DNA from: an uncultured Bacteroidales bacterium
GTDB taxonomy: Bacteria; Bacteroidota; Bacteroidia; Bacteroidales; JAADJA01
Assembly (NCBI GenBank): GCA_963749345.1
Contig: CAVVMO010000001.1
Span: 883,336-947,335, forward strand
Length of the DNA: 64,000 bases
Direction of reading: 5' to 3'
The notes beneath the pieces are model-generated. The model ran no database searches. It was given only the letters and a program-made list of their open reading frames with translations, and was not told where the DNA came from. Positions 40,263 to 51,200 of the stretch are shown here, piece after piece. Numbering within the stretch: the first letter of the stretch is position 1; each line of letters starts with the position of its first letter. A program made the position numbers and the translations under genes.

Positions 40263-41522
40263 ATGAACAGGATAAATTATAAGCATATCGCCATGCTTAG
40301 CACCCATGGCTATTTTGATCCGGCTCCAACCCTTGGAATTACCGATACCGGTGGACAGGTTGTTTATGTGCTAGAACTTGCGAAAGCACTCGCGCGAAAA
40401 GGAATAAAAGTTGATATTTACACCCGATGGTTCGACAAAACAAAGGCACAAGTTGATCCGGTTCCAGGTCATCCCGATGTTAGGGTAATCAGAATACCTT
40501 GTGGGAATTGGGAGTTTGTTCCAAAAGAGTTTATTTACAACCTGCTACCCGAATTAGCCACCAATATGATCCGGTTCATCAGTAAAAATAATCTTTCTTA
40601 TGATCTGTTACATGGGCATTATGTCGATGCCGGTATTGTTATGCTTGAAGTAGCAAATTATTTTGATAAACCATCCTATTTTACAGCTCATTCGCTGGGT
40701 GCCTGGAAACGTGACCAGATGGGAGGCGATACTAAAGAAATGGAAAAAGTGTTCAATTTCCAACATCGAATATCTGAAGAAATTAGAATATTTAAAGCGG
40801 TAAATGGACAGACAATGACTTCGTCGGTTCAGCTTGAAAAACTGGACAGCCTATATAATTTTAAAGCAGACAATATTGAAATCATCCCTCCGGGCGTTGA
40901 TATATATAGATTTCGGATGATGAGGGCATCAGAAAAGAAGATAAAAACCAACTTGCCGGAAAAATATATTTTGAACCTGAGCCGGATCGACTCAAATAAA
41001 GGTCATGACCTATTGCTCAGGGCCTATGGAAGAATTGCTCATCAGTTTGCTGATGTACATCTGGTTATTGGAGGAGGATCACCAAGTCCAAAGCCCCGTG
41101 AAATAGAAATTTTCGACATGATGCGAAAAATCATCGAAGAGAAGAACATAAAAGAAAAAGTACATATGGTAGGTTATATCGGAGACGATATGATGCTTCC
41201 GTATTACCAAAATGCAATGCTTTTTGTTTTACCATCGATTTTTGAACCTTTCGGAATGACTACCCAGGAAGCGATGGCTTGCGGTTGTCCGGTGATTGCT
41301 TCAAAATTCGGTGGTATCAGGAATGCAATTATTCAGGGTAAAAATGGATTGCTGGTCGATCCTGGGAATGAGGAAGAATTCGCAAATGCAATCAAAAATT
41401 TGTTAAATGATGAAGTTCTGCGAAAAAGGATTGGCAAGGCGGGGAGTGTCCTAATTAGGAATGAGTATAGCTGGGAAGCCATTGCTGACAGGTTTTTGGA
41501 ATTTTATCTGAAATATAAATAA
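40263..41522 (+). CDS. GT4 glycosyltransferase, sucrose-phosphate synthase/sucrose synthase-like
   Basis: STHGYF...LG.TDTGGQVVYVLELA.AL, HGHYVDAG, HSLG, EPFGMTTQEAMACG. Confidence 0.85.
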   Translation: MNRINYKHIAMLSTHGYFDPAPTLGITDTGGQVVYVLELAKALARKGIKVDIYTRWFDKTKAQVDPVPGHPDVRVIRIPCGNWEFVPKEFIYNLLPELATNMIRFISKNNLSYDLLHGHYVDAGIVMLEVANYFDKPSYFTAHSLGAWKRDQMGGDTKEMEKVFNFQHRISEEIRIFKAVNGQTMTSSVQLEKLDSLYNFKADNIEIIPPGVDIYRFRMMRASEKKIKTNLPEKYILNLSRIDSNKGHDLLLRAYGRIAHQFADVHLVIGGGSPSPKPREIEIFDMMRKIIEEKNIKEKVHMVGYIGDDMMLPYYQNAMLFVLPSIFEPFGMTTQEAMACGCPVIASKFGGIRNAIIQGKNGLLVDPGNEEEFANAIKNLLNDEVLRKRIGKAGSVLIRNEYSWEAIADRFLEFYLKYK

Positions 41523-41525
41523 ATC

Positions 41526-41550
41526 TTGAGGTCACAATCTGTGACCTCAA
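41526..41550. repeat. Perfect 25-bp palindrome upstream of the ORF6N gene
   Basis: ttgaggtcaca-atc-tgtgacctcaa; a related copy at 41761-41785 lies inside the gene. Confidence 0.85.
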
Positions 41551-41559
41551 AAAGTTAGA

Positions 41560-42111
41560 TTGATGAATAAACTTATACCAAAAGAAGAATTTATCGCCGG
41601 GAAAATTTATGTGATCCGAAATCAGAAAGTAATGATTGATGCTGATCTGGCAGCTTTATACTGTGTAGAAACTAAAACTTTAAAAAGAGCTGTCAGAAGA
41701 AATATTGAACGATTCCCTGATGATTTTATGTTTGAACTCTCATTGGAAGAATTCAATAACTTGAGGTACCAATTTGGCACCTCAAGTTGGGGAGGAAGCA
41801 GGCATCTTCCAATGGTTTTTACTGAACAGGGAGTTGCCATGTTATCCGGAATATTAAGAAGTCCGGTTGCAGCTCAGGTGAATATTCAAATTATGCGTGT
41901 TTTTGTTAAAATACGGAAGTTAATTTCCAGTTATCATGAACTACTTGAAAAAATTGAAAAAATAGAGGCCAATGTCACAGAACAAAACCAGCATATCAGT
42001 AGAATCTATGAGATTATTAAGGAGTTAATCGAACCGTCATATAAAAACAGAAATCCATTAGGATATAGATTAAAAGAAGAACGTGGAAAATATATTATTC
42101 AAAATAGCTGA
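41560..42111 (+). CDS. ORF6N domain DNA-binding protein
   Basis: IYVIRNQKVMIDADLAALY.VETKTLKRAVRRNIERFPDDFMFELS...LPMVFTEQGVAMLSGIL.S..A.QVNIQIMRVF. Confidence 0.9.
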   Translation: MMNKLIPKEEFIAGKIYVIRNQKVMIDADLAALYCVETKTLKRAVRRNIERFPDDFMFELSLEEFNNLRYQFGTSSWGGSRHLPMVFTEQGVAMLSGILRSPVAAQVNIQIMRVFVKIRKLISSYHELLEKIEKIEANVTEQNQHISRIYEIIKELIEPSYKNRNPLGYRLKEERGKYIIQNS

Positions 42112-42850
42112 AATAAAAAATACCGGCAAAAAAGCTGCATTCTGCATTATTGTTGAAACAAAGGGTAGTTTGCCGCGAAAAGCCGGATCAAAAATGTTGG
42201 TTTTCGAAGATGGGGCCATAGAAGGCACTATTGGTGGCGGCAGTCTTGAATTTAAGGTAATCGATGACGCACGAAAAGTTATTGCCCAAAATCACCCTGA
42301 AAAGTTTATTTACCATCTTGAGGAAGATTTATCGATGCACTGCGGAGGAACGGCCGAGGTTTACATTGAACCTATTGTTCCAAACCTGAACCTTTATATT
42401 TTTGGAGCTGGTCATATTGGTAAAGCACTTGCGAAATATGCTTTTGACTTTGGATTCCATATTTGCCTGGTCGATCATCGGAACGAAATGATGGATGCGA
42501 TGGATATTCCCGGAGTCCAGCTGATTCATGATGACTATATAAAAACTGCTCAGGATATAGGCTTCAATGAAAATGACTACATAGTTATAGTTACGCCCAA
42601 GCATGCATATGACGAAGAAGTGCTTGCAATCTGTGCAAAAAAAACTTTTGCTTATCTTGGTATGATTGGCAGTGCGAGGAAAGTTGCACTAGCGCGAAAA
42701 AGATTAATGGAACAAAAAATATTGACCGAGCGCGAATTAGAAAAAGTTGACATGCCCATCGGAATTAAATTCAACGCACAGACTCCTGAGGAGATTGCCA
42801 TCAGTATACTTGCAAAACTGATCGACGTAAAGAATTCTATTAATAAATGA
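42083..42850 (+). CDS. xdhC: XdhC/CoxI-family Moco insertion chaperone
   Basis: GTG start; GSLPRKAGSKM...GTIGGG, CGG, IFGAGHIG, YLGMIGS, PIG....AQTPEEIAISILA. Confidence 0.85.
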   Translation: MENILFKIAEIKNTGKKAAFCIIVETKGSLPRKAGSKMLVFEDGAIEGTIGGGSLEFKVIDDARKVIAQNHPEKFIYHLEEDLSMHCGGTAEVYIEPIVPNLNLYIFGAGHIGKALAKYAFDFGFHICLVDHRNEMMDAMDIPGVQLIHDDYIKTAQDIGFNENDYIVIVTPKHAYDEEVLAICAKKTFAYLGMIGSARKVALARKRLMEQKILTERELEKVDMPIGIKFNAQTPEEIAISILAKLIDVKNSINK

Positions 42851-44319
42851 GGCGTCAAAACCAAAATAAAATCAGCTTTGTTTTAGACGATAAGATCGTG
42901 AACATCGATTTTATTCAACAGAAACTTAGTCCAACATTAACTGTATTGAATTATTTGCGCTCACTTCCAAACCACAAAGGAGTAAAGGAAGGTTGTGCCG
43001 AAGGTGATTGTGGAGCCTGCACAGTGGTTTTGGCAGAACTGGATAGTAAAGATTCATTGATTTACAAAGCAGTTAATTCCTGTCTGGTTTTTCTACCCAT
43101 GATCCATGGTAAACAGCTGATCACTGTTGAAAACCTGGCATTAAAAAATGGTTATGAAATCGAACTTCATCCGGTACAGCAAGCGCTGGTTGACTTAAAT
43201 GGAAGCCAATGCGGATATTGTACACCAGGGATTGTTATGTCGATGTTTGCTCTTTATAAAAATTACAAAAACCCATCAAGGGAAATAATTGAGGATGCAT
43301 TGACAGGTAATCTTTGCCGTTGCACCGGATATCAGGCTATCCTAAAAGCCACTCAGGCTGCATATCAGAATATTAAAATCGACCCGTTTTCTAAAAAGGA
43401 GGAAGAGACAATATCCCTTTTGAAAACTATTACCTCGTCTTCAGGATCGATTTCAATCATCACCACTGATCAAAAATATTTTCAACCTGAAAGTCTGCTG
43501 GAAAGCTTAAACTTATCCGAAAAATATCCGAAAGCACTTTTCATAAATGGTTCAACTGATATAGCATTGAAACAAACTAAGAGATTTGAACTAATTGAGG
43601 AAATAATCGACCTTTCTGCTATTGAAGAACTAAAAGTCTTTCATGAAAACAAAAATGAATTTATCATCGGATCTGGATTACCTCTCGAGATCATCCGACT
43701 AAAATTAATCGGGTCATTACCTGCTTTTACCGAAATGCTTAACATTTTTGCATCAAAGCAAATCAGGAACCTGGCTACCTTAGCAGGCAACATTGCGACA
43801 GCTTCACCCATAGGAGATACCATTCCGCTTTTAATGGCATACAATGCCAAAATCAGGTTGATAAAAAAAAGGGGTCAAAGAACTCTTTCTATTGAAAGCT
43901 TTATTAAAGGATATCGAAAAACTGATTTAAAAAAAGGCGAAATCATTCATTCTCTGATCATACCAAAACCTAAAGAACAATTGATCAGATTTTATAAAAT
44001 CTCCAAGCGAAAAGATTTGGATATTTCTACTGTAAGCGCAGGATTTAGGATTGAATTAAAAAATGGCAAAGTCAAAGATATCTGTCTTGCCTTTGGCGGA
44101 ATGGCGGAACTGGCGAAAAGAGCCAAATCAACTGAGGATTATTTGATGGATAAAAAATGGACATTCGAAAATATTCAACATGCTCAAAAAATACTTGAAA
44201 ATGAATTTACCCCGATTTCAGATGCACGGTCAGGAGCTGAATTCAGGAAAACAGCGGCAAAAAATTTATTGATCAAATTCTTCGAAGAAACCATATATGA
44301 GCTTACTTCCGCAAGATAG
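42847..44319 (+). CDS. xdhA: Xanthine dehydrogenase small subunit (2x[2Fe-2S] plus FAD)
   Basis: KEGCAEGDCGAC, NSCL, QCGYCTPG, GNLCRCTGY, QIRNLATLAGNI..ASPIGD, YKISKR..LDIS. Confidence 0.92.
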   Translation: MRRQNQNKISFVLDDKIVNIDFIQQKLSPTLTVLNYLRSLPNHKGVKEGCAEGDCGACTVVLAELDSKDSLIYKAVNSCLVFLPMIHGKQLITVENLALKNGYEIELHPVQQALVDLNGSQCGYCTPGIVMSMFALYKNYKNPSREIIEDALTGNLCRCTGYQAILKATQAAYQNIKIDPFSKKEEETISLLKTITSSSGSISIITTDQKYFQPESLLESLNLSEKYPKALFINGSTDIALKQTKRFELIEEIIDLSAIEELKVFHENKNEFIIGSGLPLEIIRLKLIGSLPAFTEMLNIFASKQIRNLATLAGNIATASPIGDTIPLLMAYNAKIRLIKKRGQRTLSIESFIKGYRKTDLKKGEIIHSLIIPKPKEQLIRFYKISKRKDLDISTVSAGFRIELKNGKVKDICLAFGGMAELAKRAKSTEDYLMDKKWTFENIQHAQKILENEFTPISDARSGAEFRKTAAKNLLIKFFEETIYELTSAR

Positions 44320-46597
44320 CGCTAATAAACATGTCACGGGTGAATCGATTTATGTGAATGATATTCAGGTCGGTGAACAGATGCTATTCGGGCACCTGGT
44401 ATGCAGTAAACAAGCACAAGCAAAAATCAAATCTATAAGTTATGAAAAAGCCCGGACATTGAGTGGGGTTAAAGCAATCCTTTCTTATAAAGATATACCG
44501 GGTGCAAATCAAATGGGACCTGTTATCCATGATGAACCCTGCCTTGCTGAAAATGAAGTTCATTTTATCGGGCATGTAATTCTTTTGATTGCTGCCGAAA
44601 ATAAAGATATAGCCCGTGAAGCTGAAAAGCTGATTGAAATTCAGTATGAGCCGTTGGAAGCAATTCTTGATTTAGAAACTGCAATTCTAAAAGAAAACAG
44701 CTTACAACCACCACGAAAAATCGAATGCGGGGACATTTCTGCAGCCTTCAAAGTTTGTGATCATATTATTGAAGGTACGCTAAGAACGGGAAGTCAGGAG
44801 CATTGGTACCTTGAGACCCAATCCTGCCTTGCAGTGCCGGGTGAGGGAAAAGAAATAAAACTTTACAGCTCAACTCAACATCCTTCAGAAACCCAGGCCA
44901 TTGTTGCTGAAGTCCTGGGAATCCAAAAAAATGAGGTGGAAGTTGAAGTGAGGAGGATGGGTGGCGCCTTTGGAGGAAAGGAGACACAGGCCAACCATTA
45001 TGCTGCATGGGCAGCATTGCTTGCAAAAGAAACTGGCAGACCGGTTAAAATTCACCTCACCCGCGACGAAGACCAGATCATCACAGGCAAAAGGCATAAC
45101 ACCTTTTCAAACTATAAAGCGGGTTTTAATAAAAATGGCAAGATATTGTCCATCGACATCCGCCTGCATCTGGATGCCGGCTCTTCAACTGATCTCACAA
45201 TGGCTATAATGGAAAGAGCCATGTTCCATGTGGATAATGCCTACTTTATTCCTAACTTAAGGGTAATTGGTCATTCATGGAAAACCAATAAACCTTCGAA
45301 TACGGCTATGAGAGGTTTTGGAGGACCTCAGGGAATGGCTGTTATTGAAAATATAATTGACCGGATTGCAAGGTTCCTTGGAAAAGATGCCATAGAGATA
45401 AGAAAATTGAATTTTTACAGAACAGGGAAAAACAGCATTACCCATTATGGACAGAAGGTCGAAAATAATCGATTGCTTTTGTTGTATAATCAGCTCGTGA
45501 AGTCTTCAGATTATTTCAATCGAAGGAAACAAATCGACCGATTTAACCAATACAACCGATTCAATAAAAAAGGACTCGGAATGACACCGGTTAAATTCGG
45601 GATTTCTTTCACAACTGCTTTTCTTAACCAAGCCGGAGCGCTGGTTAATATTTATAAAGATGGAACAGTGCAGGTAAATCATGGTGGAACTGAGATGGGT
45701 CAGGGACTTCATACAAAAATTCTACAAATCGTTTCTTCAGAACTGGGAATCAGTCCGGAATTCATTAAGGTTGCAGCTACAAACACATCCAGAGTTCCAA
45801 ACACCTCAGCTACAGCGGCCTCATCCGGAAGCGATCTGAATGGAATGGCAGTGAAAAATGCCATTGGAAAGCTGAAATCAAGGTTAGTGAAAGTAGCATT
45901 GAATCTTTTTAAGGAAAGTCCTTCAAAAAAGAAAGAAATAGTTTTTGAAGATAACTTTGTATTTGATGGGAATTATCCTGAGCACCAAATATCTTTTAAG
46001 GATTTGATCAACGCTGCCTATCTGAATCAAACCAGCTTAAGTGCCACTGGATTCTACAAAACTCCGGGAATATATTATGACAAACAAAAAGGAAAAGGCA
46101 AACCCTTTCATTATTTTGCCTTTGGAATGGCGGTTACTGAAGTTGAACTGGATACGCTGACAGGTTATGTAAAAGTTTTAAGAACGGATATTTTACATGA
46201 CGTTGGAAAATCATTGAATGAAAAAATTGACATTGGTCAAATAGAGGGCGGATTTATCCAGGGCTTAGGATGGGTTACAACAGAAGATTTAAAATACGAT
46301 GAAGAAGGTAATTTACTGAACCATTCACCAGATACCTATAAGATACCAACCATAAAAGATATTCCCAGAGATTTCAGGGTAGGGCTGTTAAAAGATGCGC
46401 CTAATCCAAATACTATCAAGCAAAGTAAGGCAGTGGGAGAACCACCATTCATGCTGGCATTCTCGGTTTGGATGGCAATCAAGGATGCCATTTCGGCAAT
46501 TGGCGATCATAAAATTGAACCTGAGTTTTCTTTACCGGCAACAAATGAAATGATTTTAACATCAATTGAGAACCTTAAGAAAGTAATGGAAACCTAA
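44297..46597 (+). CDS. xdhB: Xanthine dehydrogenase molybdopterin-binding subunit
   Basis: QEHWYLETQ, STQHPSETQ, RMGGAFGGKET, AMRGFGGPQG, GGTEMGQG, SKAVGEPP. Confidence 0.93.
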   Translation: MSLLPQDSANKHVTGESIYVNDIQVGEQMLFGHLVCSKQAQAKIKSISYEKARTLSGVKAILSYKDIPGANQMGPVIHDEPCLAENEVHFIGHVILLIAAENKDIAREAEKLIEIQYEPLEAILDLETAILKENSLQPPRKIECGDISAAFKVCDHIIEGTLRTGSQEHWYLETQSCLAVPGEGKEIKLYSSTQHPSETQAIVAEVLGIQKNEVEVEVRRMGGAFGGKETQANHYAAWAALLAKETGRPVKIHLTRDEDQIITGKRHNTFSNYKAGFNKNGKILSIDIRLHLDAGSSTDLTMAIMERAMFHVDNAYFIPNLRVIGHSWKTNKPSNTAMRGFGGPQGMAVIENIIDRIARFLGKDAIEIRKLNFYRTGKNSITHYGQKVENNRLLLLYNQLVKSSDYFNRRKQIDRFNQYNRFNKKGLGMTPVKFGISFTTAFLNQAGALVNIYKDGTVQVNHGGTEMGQGLHTKILQIVSSELGISPEFIKVAATNTSRVPNTSATAASSGSDLNGMAVKNAIGKLKSRLVKVALNLFKESPSKKKEIVFEDNFVFDGNYPEHQISFKDLINAAYLNQTSLSATGFYKTPGIYYDKQKGKGKPFHYFAFGMAVTEVELDTLTGYVKVLRTDILHDVGKSLNEKIDIGQIEGGFIQGLGWVTTEDLKYDEEGNLLNHSPDTYKIPTIKDIPRDFRVGLLKDAPNPNTIKQSKAVGEPPFMLAFSVWMAIKDAISAIGDHKIEPEFSLPATNEMILTSIENLKKVMET

Positions 46598-47187
46598 TTC
46601 GTTCTGGTGAGGAAATGTTGTGAATATTCTTCCGGTGTATTTATATTTACTAAAATTCCAGGATCATTTACTTTGACTTCGCACCTTAGAAAAGACTTTA
46701 AGACATTCCTTAGGTTCGGATTATTTTTTTGATTTTGAATAATAGCATTCGCAACTTTTGCTGACAACAGTATTGGATGGCCTGAATTTCCTTCAAAAAC
46801 CGGTATTGCATATTCTGCATCACAAATTTCACTCTTTAATAATTCAAGGGTTTTATTATCCACAAATGGATTATCAACATTTTGCAGAAATACCAGCGAA
46901 TCATTTATCGCTTCTTTTATTCCAAGTTTTATAGAATGGAATCTTCCCTTTTCCGGATTTTTATTGATGACAAACTTGCAAGACTCCAGATTACTATATT
47001 TGATTTGTTGTAGTTGTTGATAAACGTCATCATTTACAACTACTATAATTTTATTTATAACAGTTGATTGATAAACATGTAAGATCTTTTCAAGAAAAGT
47101 AAAACTACTATTAAATCTGAGAAATGGCTTCATCTGTCCCATTCTTTCAGAATTTCCGGCTGCCAGAATTACGCAGGATGTCTTCAT
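46594..47187 (-). CDS. MocA/YgfJ-like NTP transferase (Moco nucleotidyltransferase)
   Basis: Likely start MKTSCVILAAGNSERMG; GHPILL; NINTPEEY; convergent with xdhB. Confidence 0.8.
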   Translation of the reverse strand: MKTSCVILAAGNSERMGQMKPFLRFNSSFTFLEKILHVYQSTVINKIIVVVNDDVYQQLQQIKYSNLESCKFVINKNPEKGRFHSIKLGIKEAINDSLVFLQNVDNPFVDNKTLELLKSEICDAEYAIPVFEGNSGHPILLSAKVANAIIQNQKNNPNLRNVLKSFLRCEVKVNDPGILVNINTPEEYSQHFLTRTN

Positions 47188-47288
47188 TTTATTGGCAAGA
47201 AATAACACAAAACTATACAATCTTTATTATTATTTTTGTCAGGGTTAGAATAATAAAATTCAGGGGATTTATCCATAATTTAATGTTA

Positions 47289-48233
47289 ATGCGCAATCGA
47301 TCAAACGAGTTACAGCGAGCTTCATGGATTGGAATTGCAGGGAACGCACTCCTCGCTGTCTTAAAAATTTTGGTGGGATTTATTTCCGGAAGTTTTGCTG
47401 TAATAGGCGATGGAATTGATACAGCCACTGATGTTCTCACCTATGTGATTACCTTGATTACAGCCCGCATCATTTCAAAACCCCCCGATCCGAAATACCC
47501 CTATGGATATAAAAAAGCCGAAACATCTGCTACTAAAATTCTGGCTTTCATCATCTTTTTTGCAGGTGCTGAATTGTTCCTGTCTACCATAAGGCAACTC
47601 ATTTCTGGTGAATTGCGCGAAATGCCGATGATGATAGCCATTTATGTTACCGGACTGAGCATCGTTGGGAAATCCATTCTAGCTTACTGGCAGTCCAGAA
47701 TCGGGAAACGCATCAATAGTCAGATGATCATTGCTAATGCCCGTAACATGCGGAATGATGTTTTAATATCCTCATCGGTTCTCCTGGGATTGCTTTTTAC
47801 TTTTATTCTAAAAATGCCGGTATTTGACAGTATCACCGGTATGGTTGTAAGTATCTGGATTATAAAAGTAGCTTTCGATATTTACAAGGAATCTAATCTG
47901 GAAATGATGGACGGTTTGAAGGACACTAACATTTATAGTAAAATTTTCCAATCGGTCGAAGAAGTTGAAGGGGCATTTAACCCCCATAGAATAAGGGTAA
48001 GGAAAATTGCTGAACTTTACCTGATTGCACTCGATATTGAAGTGGATAAAGACACCAAAGTGAGTGACGCCCATTTGATAGCCAAGCAGGTTGAAAACAG
48101 GTTGAAGGTAAACATTGATAACATTTTTGACATTCTGATTCACATTGAACCGCTTGGTAATATCGAGGGTGATGAATTGGTCGGGATTTCAAAGGAAAAT
48201 TTGCACTTTAAAACAGGTTTTAAAACCATCTGA
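47289..48233 (+). CDS. Cation diffusion facilitator (FieF-like)
   Basis: GSFAVIGDGIDTATD, KPPD..YPYGY.KAE, NMRNDV, LIHIEP. Confidence 0.9.
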   Translation: MRNRSNELQRASWIGIAGNALLAVLKILVGFISGSFAVIGDGIDTATDVLTYVITLITARIISKPPDPKYPYGYKKAETSATKILAFIIFFAGAELFLSTIRQLISGELREMPMMIAIYVTGLSIVGKSILAYWQSRIGKRINSQMIIANARNMRNDVLISSSVLLGLLFTFILKMPVFDSITGMVVSIWIIKVAFDIYKESNLEMMDGLKDTNIYSKIFQSVEEVEGAFNPHRIRVRKIAELYLIALDIEVDKDTKVSDAHLIAKQVENRLKVNIDNIFDILIHIEPLGNIEGDELVGISKENLHFKTGFKTI

Positions 48234-51200
48234 TGAAGGATGGTTTTGAGATATTACCTTTAAGGCAATTGGTTGAAATAACCCTCAACCAGCTTAATAA
48301 TAAAGACTCCTTCTTTGGTATTCCTAAAGAATTGTTTTTTGAACCTAAGCCAACAGACCCTTTTCGTTTAATTCGTTTTGATCAATTGCTCGAAACTCCC
48401 ATCGGCACAGCAGCGGGACCCCATACTCAGATGTCGCAAAACATTGTGGCTGCCTGGCTTTGCGGCGCCAGATACATCGAATTAAAAACCATTCAAACGA
48501 TGGACGAATTGGAAGTCACAAAACCCTGTATCGACATGCAGGATGAAGGTTATAATTGTGAATGGTCGCAGGAATTAAGGATTCATGAGTCTTTTGACCA
48601 ATACTTAAATGCATGGATATTGGTGCATATTCTGAAGGATAAGTTAGGTCATCCATTGGAAGAAAGCTTGGGAACCATTTTCAATATGAGCATTGGCTAT
48701 GACCTTAAGGGTATTTTAAAGGAAAATGTTCAATGGTTTATCGATCAGATGAAAGACTGTAGCCTTCAAAAAGTGGCTAAGATAAATGAGATTCAGGACA
48801 TTTATCCGGGAATAGAAAGACTAAATATTCCTGATTGTATCTCCGATAATGTGACTCTCTCAACCATGCATGGTTGCCCTCCGGATGAAATCGAAAAGAT
48901 CGGTTTGTACCTGATTGAAGAAAAAAAACTCCACACTATCATCAAACTTAATCCCACGCTTCTTGGTAAAGAAAAGCTAAGCAGCATTCTGAAAAAAAGT
49001 GGTTTTGAAACCATCATTCCGGATGAAGCCTTTGAGCATGACCTGAAATATCCCGACGCTCTGCAAATCATACATACCCTCAAAAAGGCTGCTGATAAAA
49101 ACAAGGTTTATTTCGGTTTGAAGCTTACCAATACTTTGGAAAGTACTAACCTTAAAAAAGTATTACCGCCTGAGGAAAAAACAATTTACATGAGTGGAAG
49201 GGCCTTGCATCCAATTGCAATTAACCTTGCAGCTAAGCTGCAAAAAGACTTTAACGGATTACTCGACATCTCACTTTCTGCTGGTGCAAATGCTTTTAAT
49301 ACTCCTAAGGTAATATCCTGTGGACTAGTTCCGGTAACTGTTTGCACTGATTTGCTGAAACCCGGCGGATATGGATTACTAAATCAATACCTGGTTAACC
49401 TTGTGGAAAAAATGGAATTCAAAAAGTCATATTCGATTGAAGATTATATAAGGAAAACGTCCGGAGATAATAATACCATTGCTGGTTCTCAAATTAATCT
49501 TTACAATTACGCAATAGAGGTTCTTGAAGAAAAAAAATATCAGCTAACTGAACTACATAAACCGGATATAAAAACAGATAGGAAGCTCAATTACTTTGAT
49601 TGTATTTATGCCCCTTGCGTCGATACCTGCCCCACCCATCAGGATATTCCGGATTATCTGCATTTTGCTGCAAAAGGTGATTTTTCAAATGCATTTGAAT
49701 CAATATTTCTGACAAATCCCTTCCCGAATACAACAGGTATGATTTGTGACCATTTTTGCCAGACAAAATGTACCCGAATAAATTATGACAATCCGCTCCT
49801 GATAAGGGAAATTAAACGTCTGGTTGCAGAAGCATTTACTGATCAGTTAACATCAAATCAACAGCCTGAAAATGGTGTTAAAGTTGCCGTTTTAGGTGCA
49901 GGACCATCTGGTCTAGCTTGCGCATTCTATCTTACACTTGGAGGTTTTGAGGTGGACGTTTTTGAATCGAAAAGCGTTGCCGGAGGGATGGTTAATGAAG
50001 CCATTCCTGCATTCCGGTTGAATGAGGCTGGACTTAAAAAGGATTTGGAAAGATTAGAAAAGGCTGGAGTTAAGATTTTCTTTAATTCGGAAATTAATGA
50101 ACTGCGATTTAAAGAAATCCGAAGCGAATACAATTTCATTTACATTTCAACGGGTGCCTGGTCATCACGAATATTTGCAATAGATGGAATTAATTCCAAG
50201 GGAGTAGTCGATCCTCTTAAATTCCTTGCTGACATGAAGAAGGGCATCCGACCAGAAATAGGAAAAAATATTGCTGTGATCGGTGGCGGAAATACGGCTA
50301 TGGATGCTGCAAGATCAGCTTTTCGGCTAACGGGTAAAAATGGAAAGGTAACCATTCTTTATCGTCGTTCAAAAGCCCTGATGCCAGCCGCCCCGGATGA
50401 AATAAAAGCAGTTGAGGAAGAGGGTATCTCAATAATAGATTTAACCTTACCTGTCAGGGTCAATTCCATAAACAACCAGGTCAAATCATTGACTTGTGTT
50501 AAAATCAATCTTGAACAAAAAAATGGAACCGGTAGACCTATGCCTTTCGAAATTCCAAATTCAGAATTTGATCTTGAATTCGACACGGTAATTCCTGCTA
50601 TTGGACAGGATGCGGAATTTAATTTTATCGAAAAAAAATTAATCGCGACGGAAACTAAAGGTTATGAAACTCAAATTCAAAATATATTTATTGGTGGAGA
50701 TGCAAAAAGAGGGGGTTCGACCATCATCAATGCAATAGCCGATGGAAGAAAAACAGCAGAATTGATCATGCAGCGGGCCGGTTATCCACTTGAGCTTTAC
50801 CAAATAAAACGGGTACAAGAAGAGTTCAATAAACTTATGGCCAAAAAAATGGTACGTGAAAGAGCTGTCAGGATTCCAGAAACCTCATTAAATGATCGAA
50901 AGAACTTCAACCTCGTTACGAATACCCTACCCGTTGACCTGGCTCAAAAAGAAGCTTCACGTTGCTTGCTTTGCGATGAATTGTGCAATATTTGTGTCAC
51001 CGTTTGTCCTAACCTGGCTTGTTATTCTTATCAGGTTGAGCCCTTTCAGGTAAACCTTCAAAAAATTCACAAAAAAAATGGTCACCTGACCATTTCAGAC
51101 GACAAAACTTTCGGGGTAAAGCAAAACTACCAGATTTTGCATATTGCAGATTGGTGCAATGACTGCGGGAACTGTTCTACGTTTTGTCCCACATCAGGTT

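Noticed and set aside
46856-46864. TTATCCACA DnaA-box match
   Set aside because: A single copy inside the MocA-like coding sequence; no box cluster or oriC-type context.
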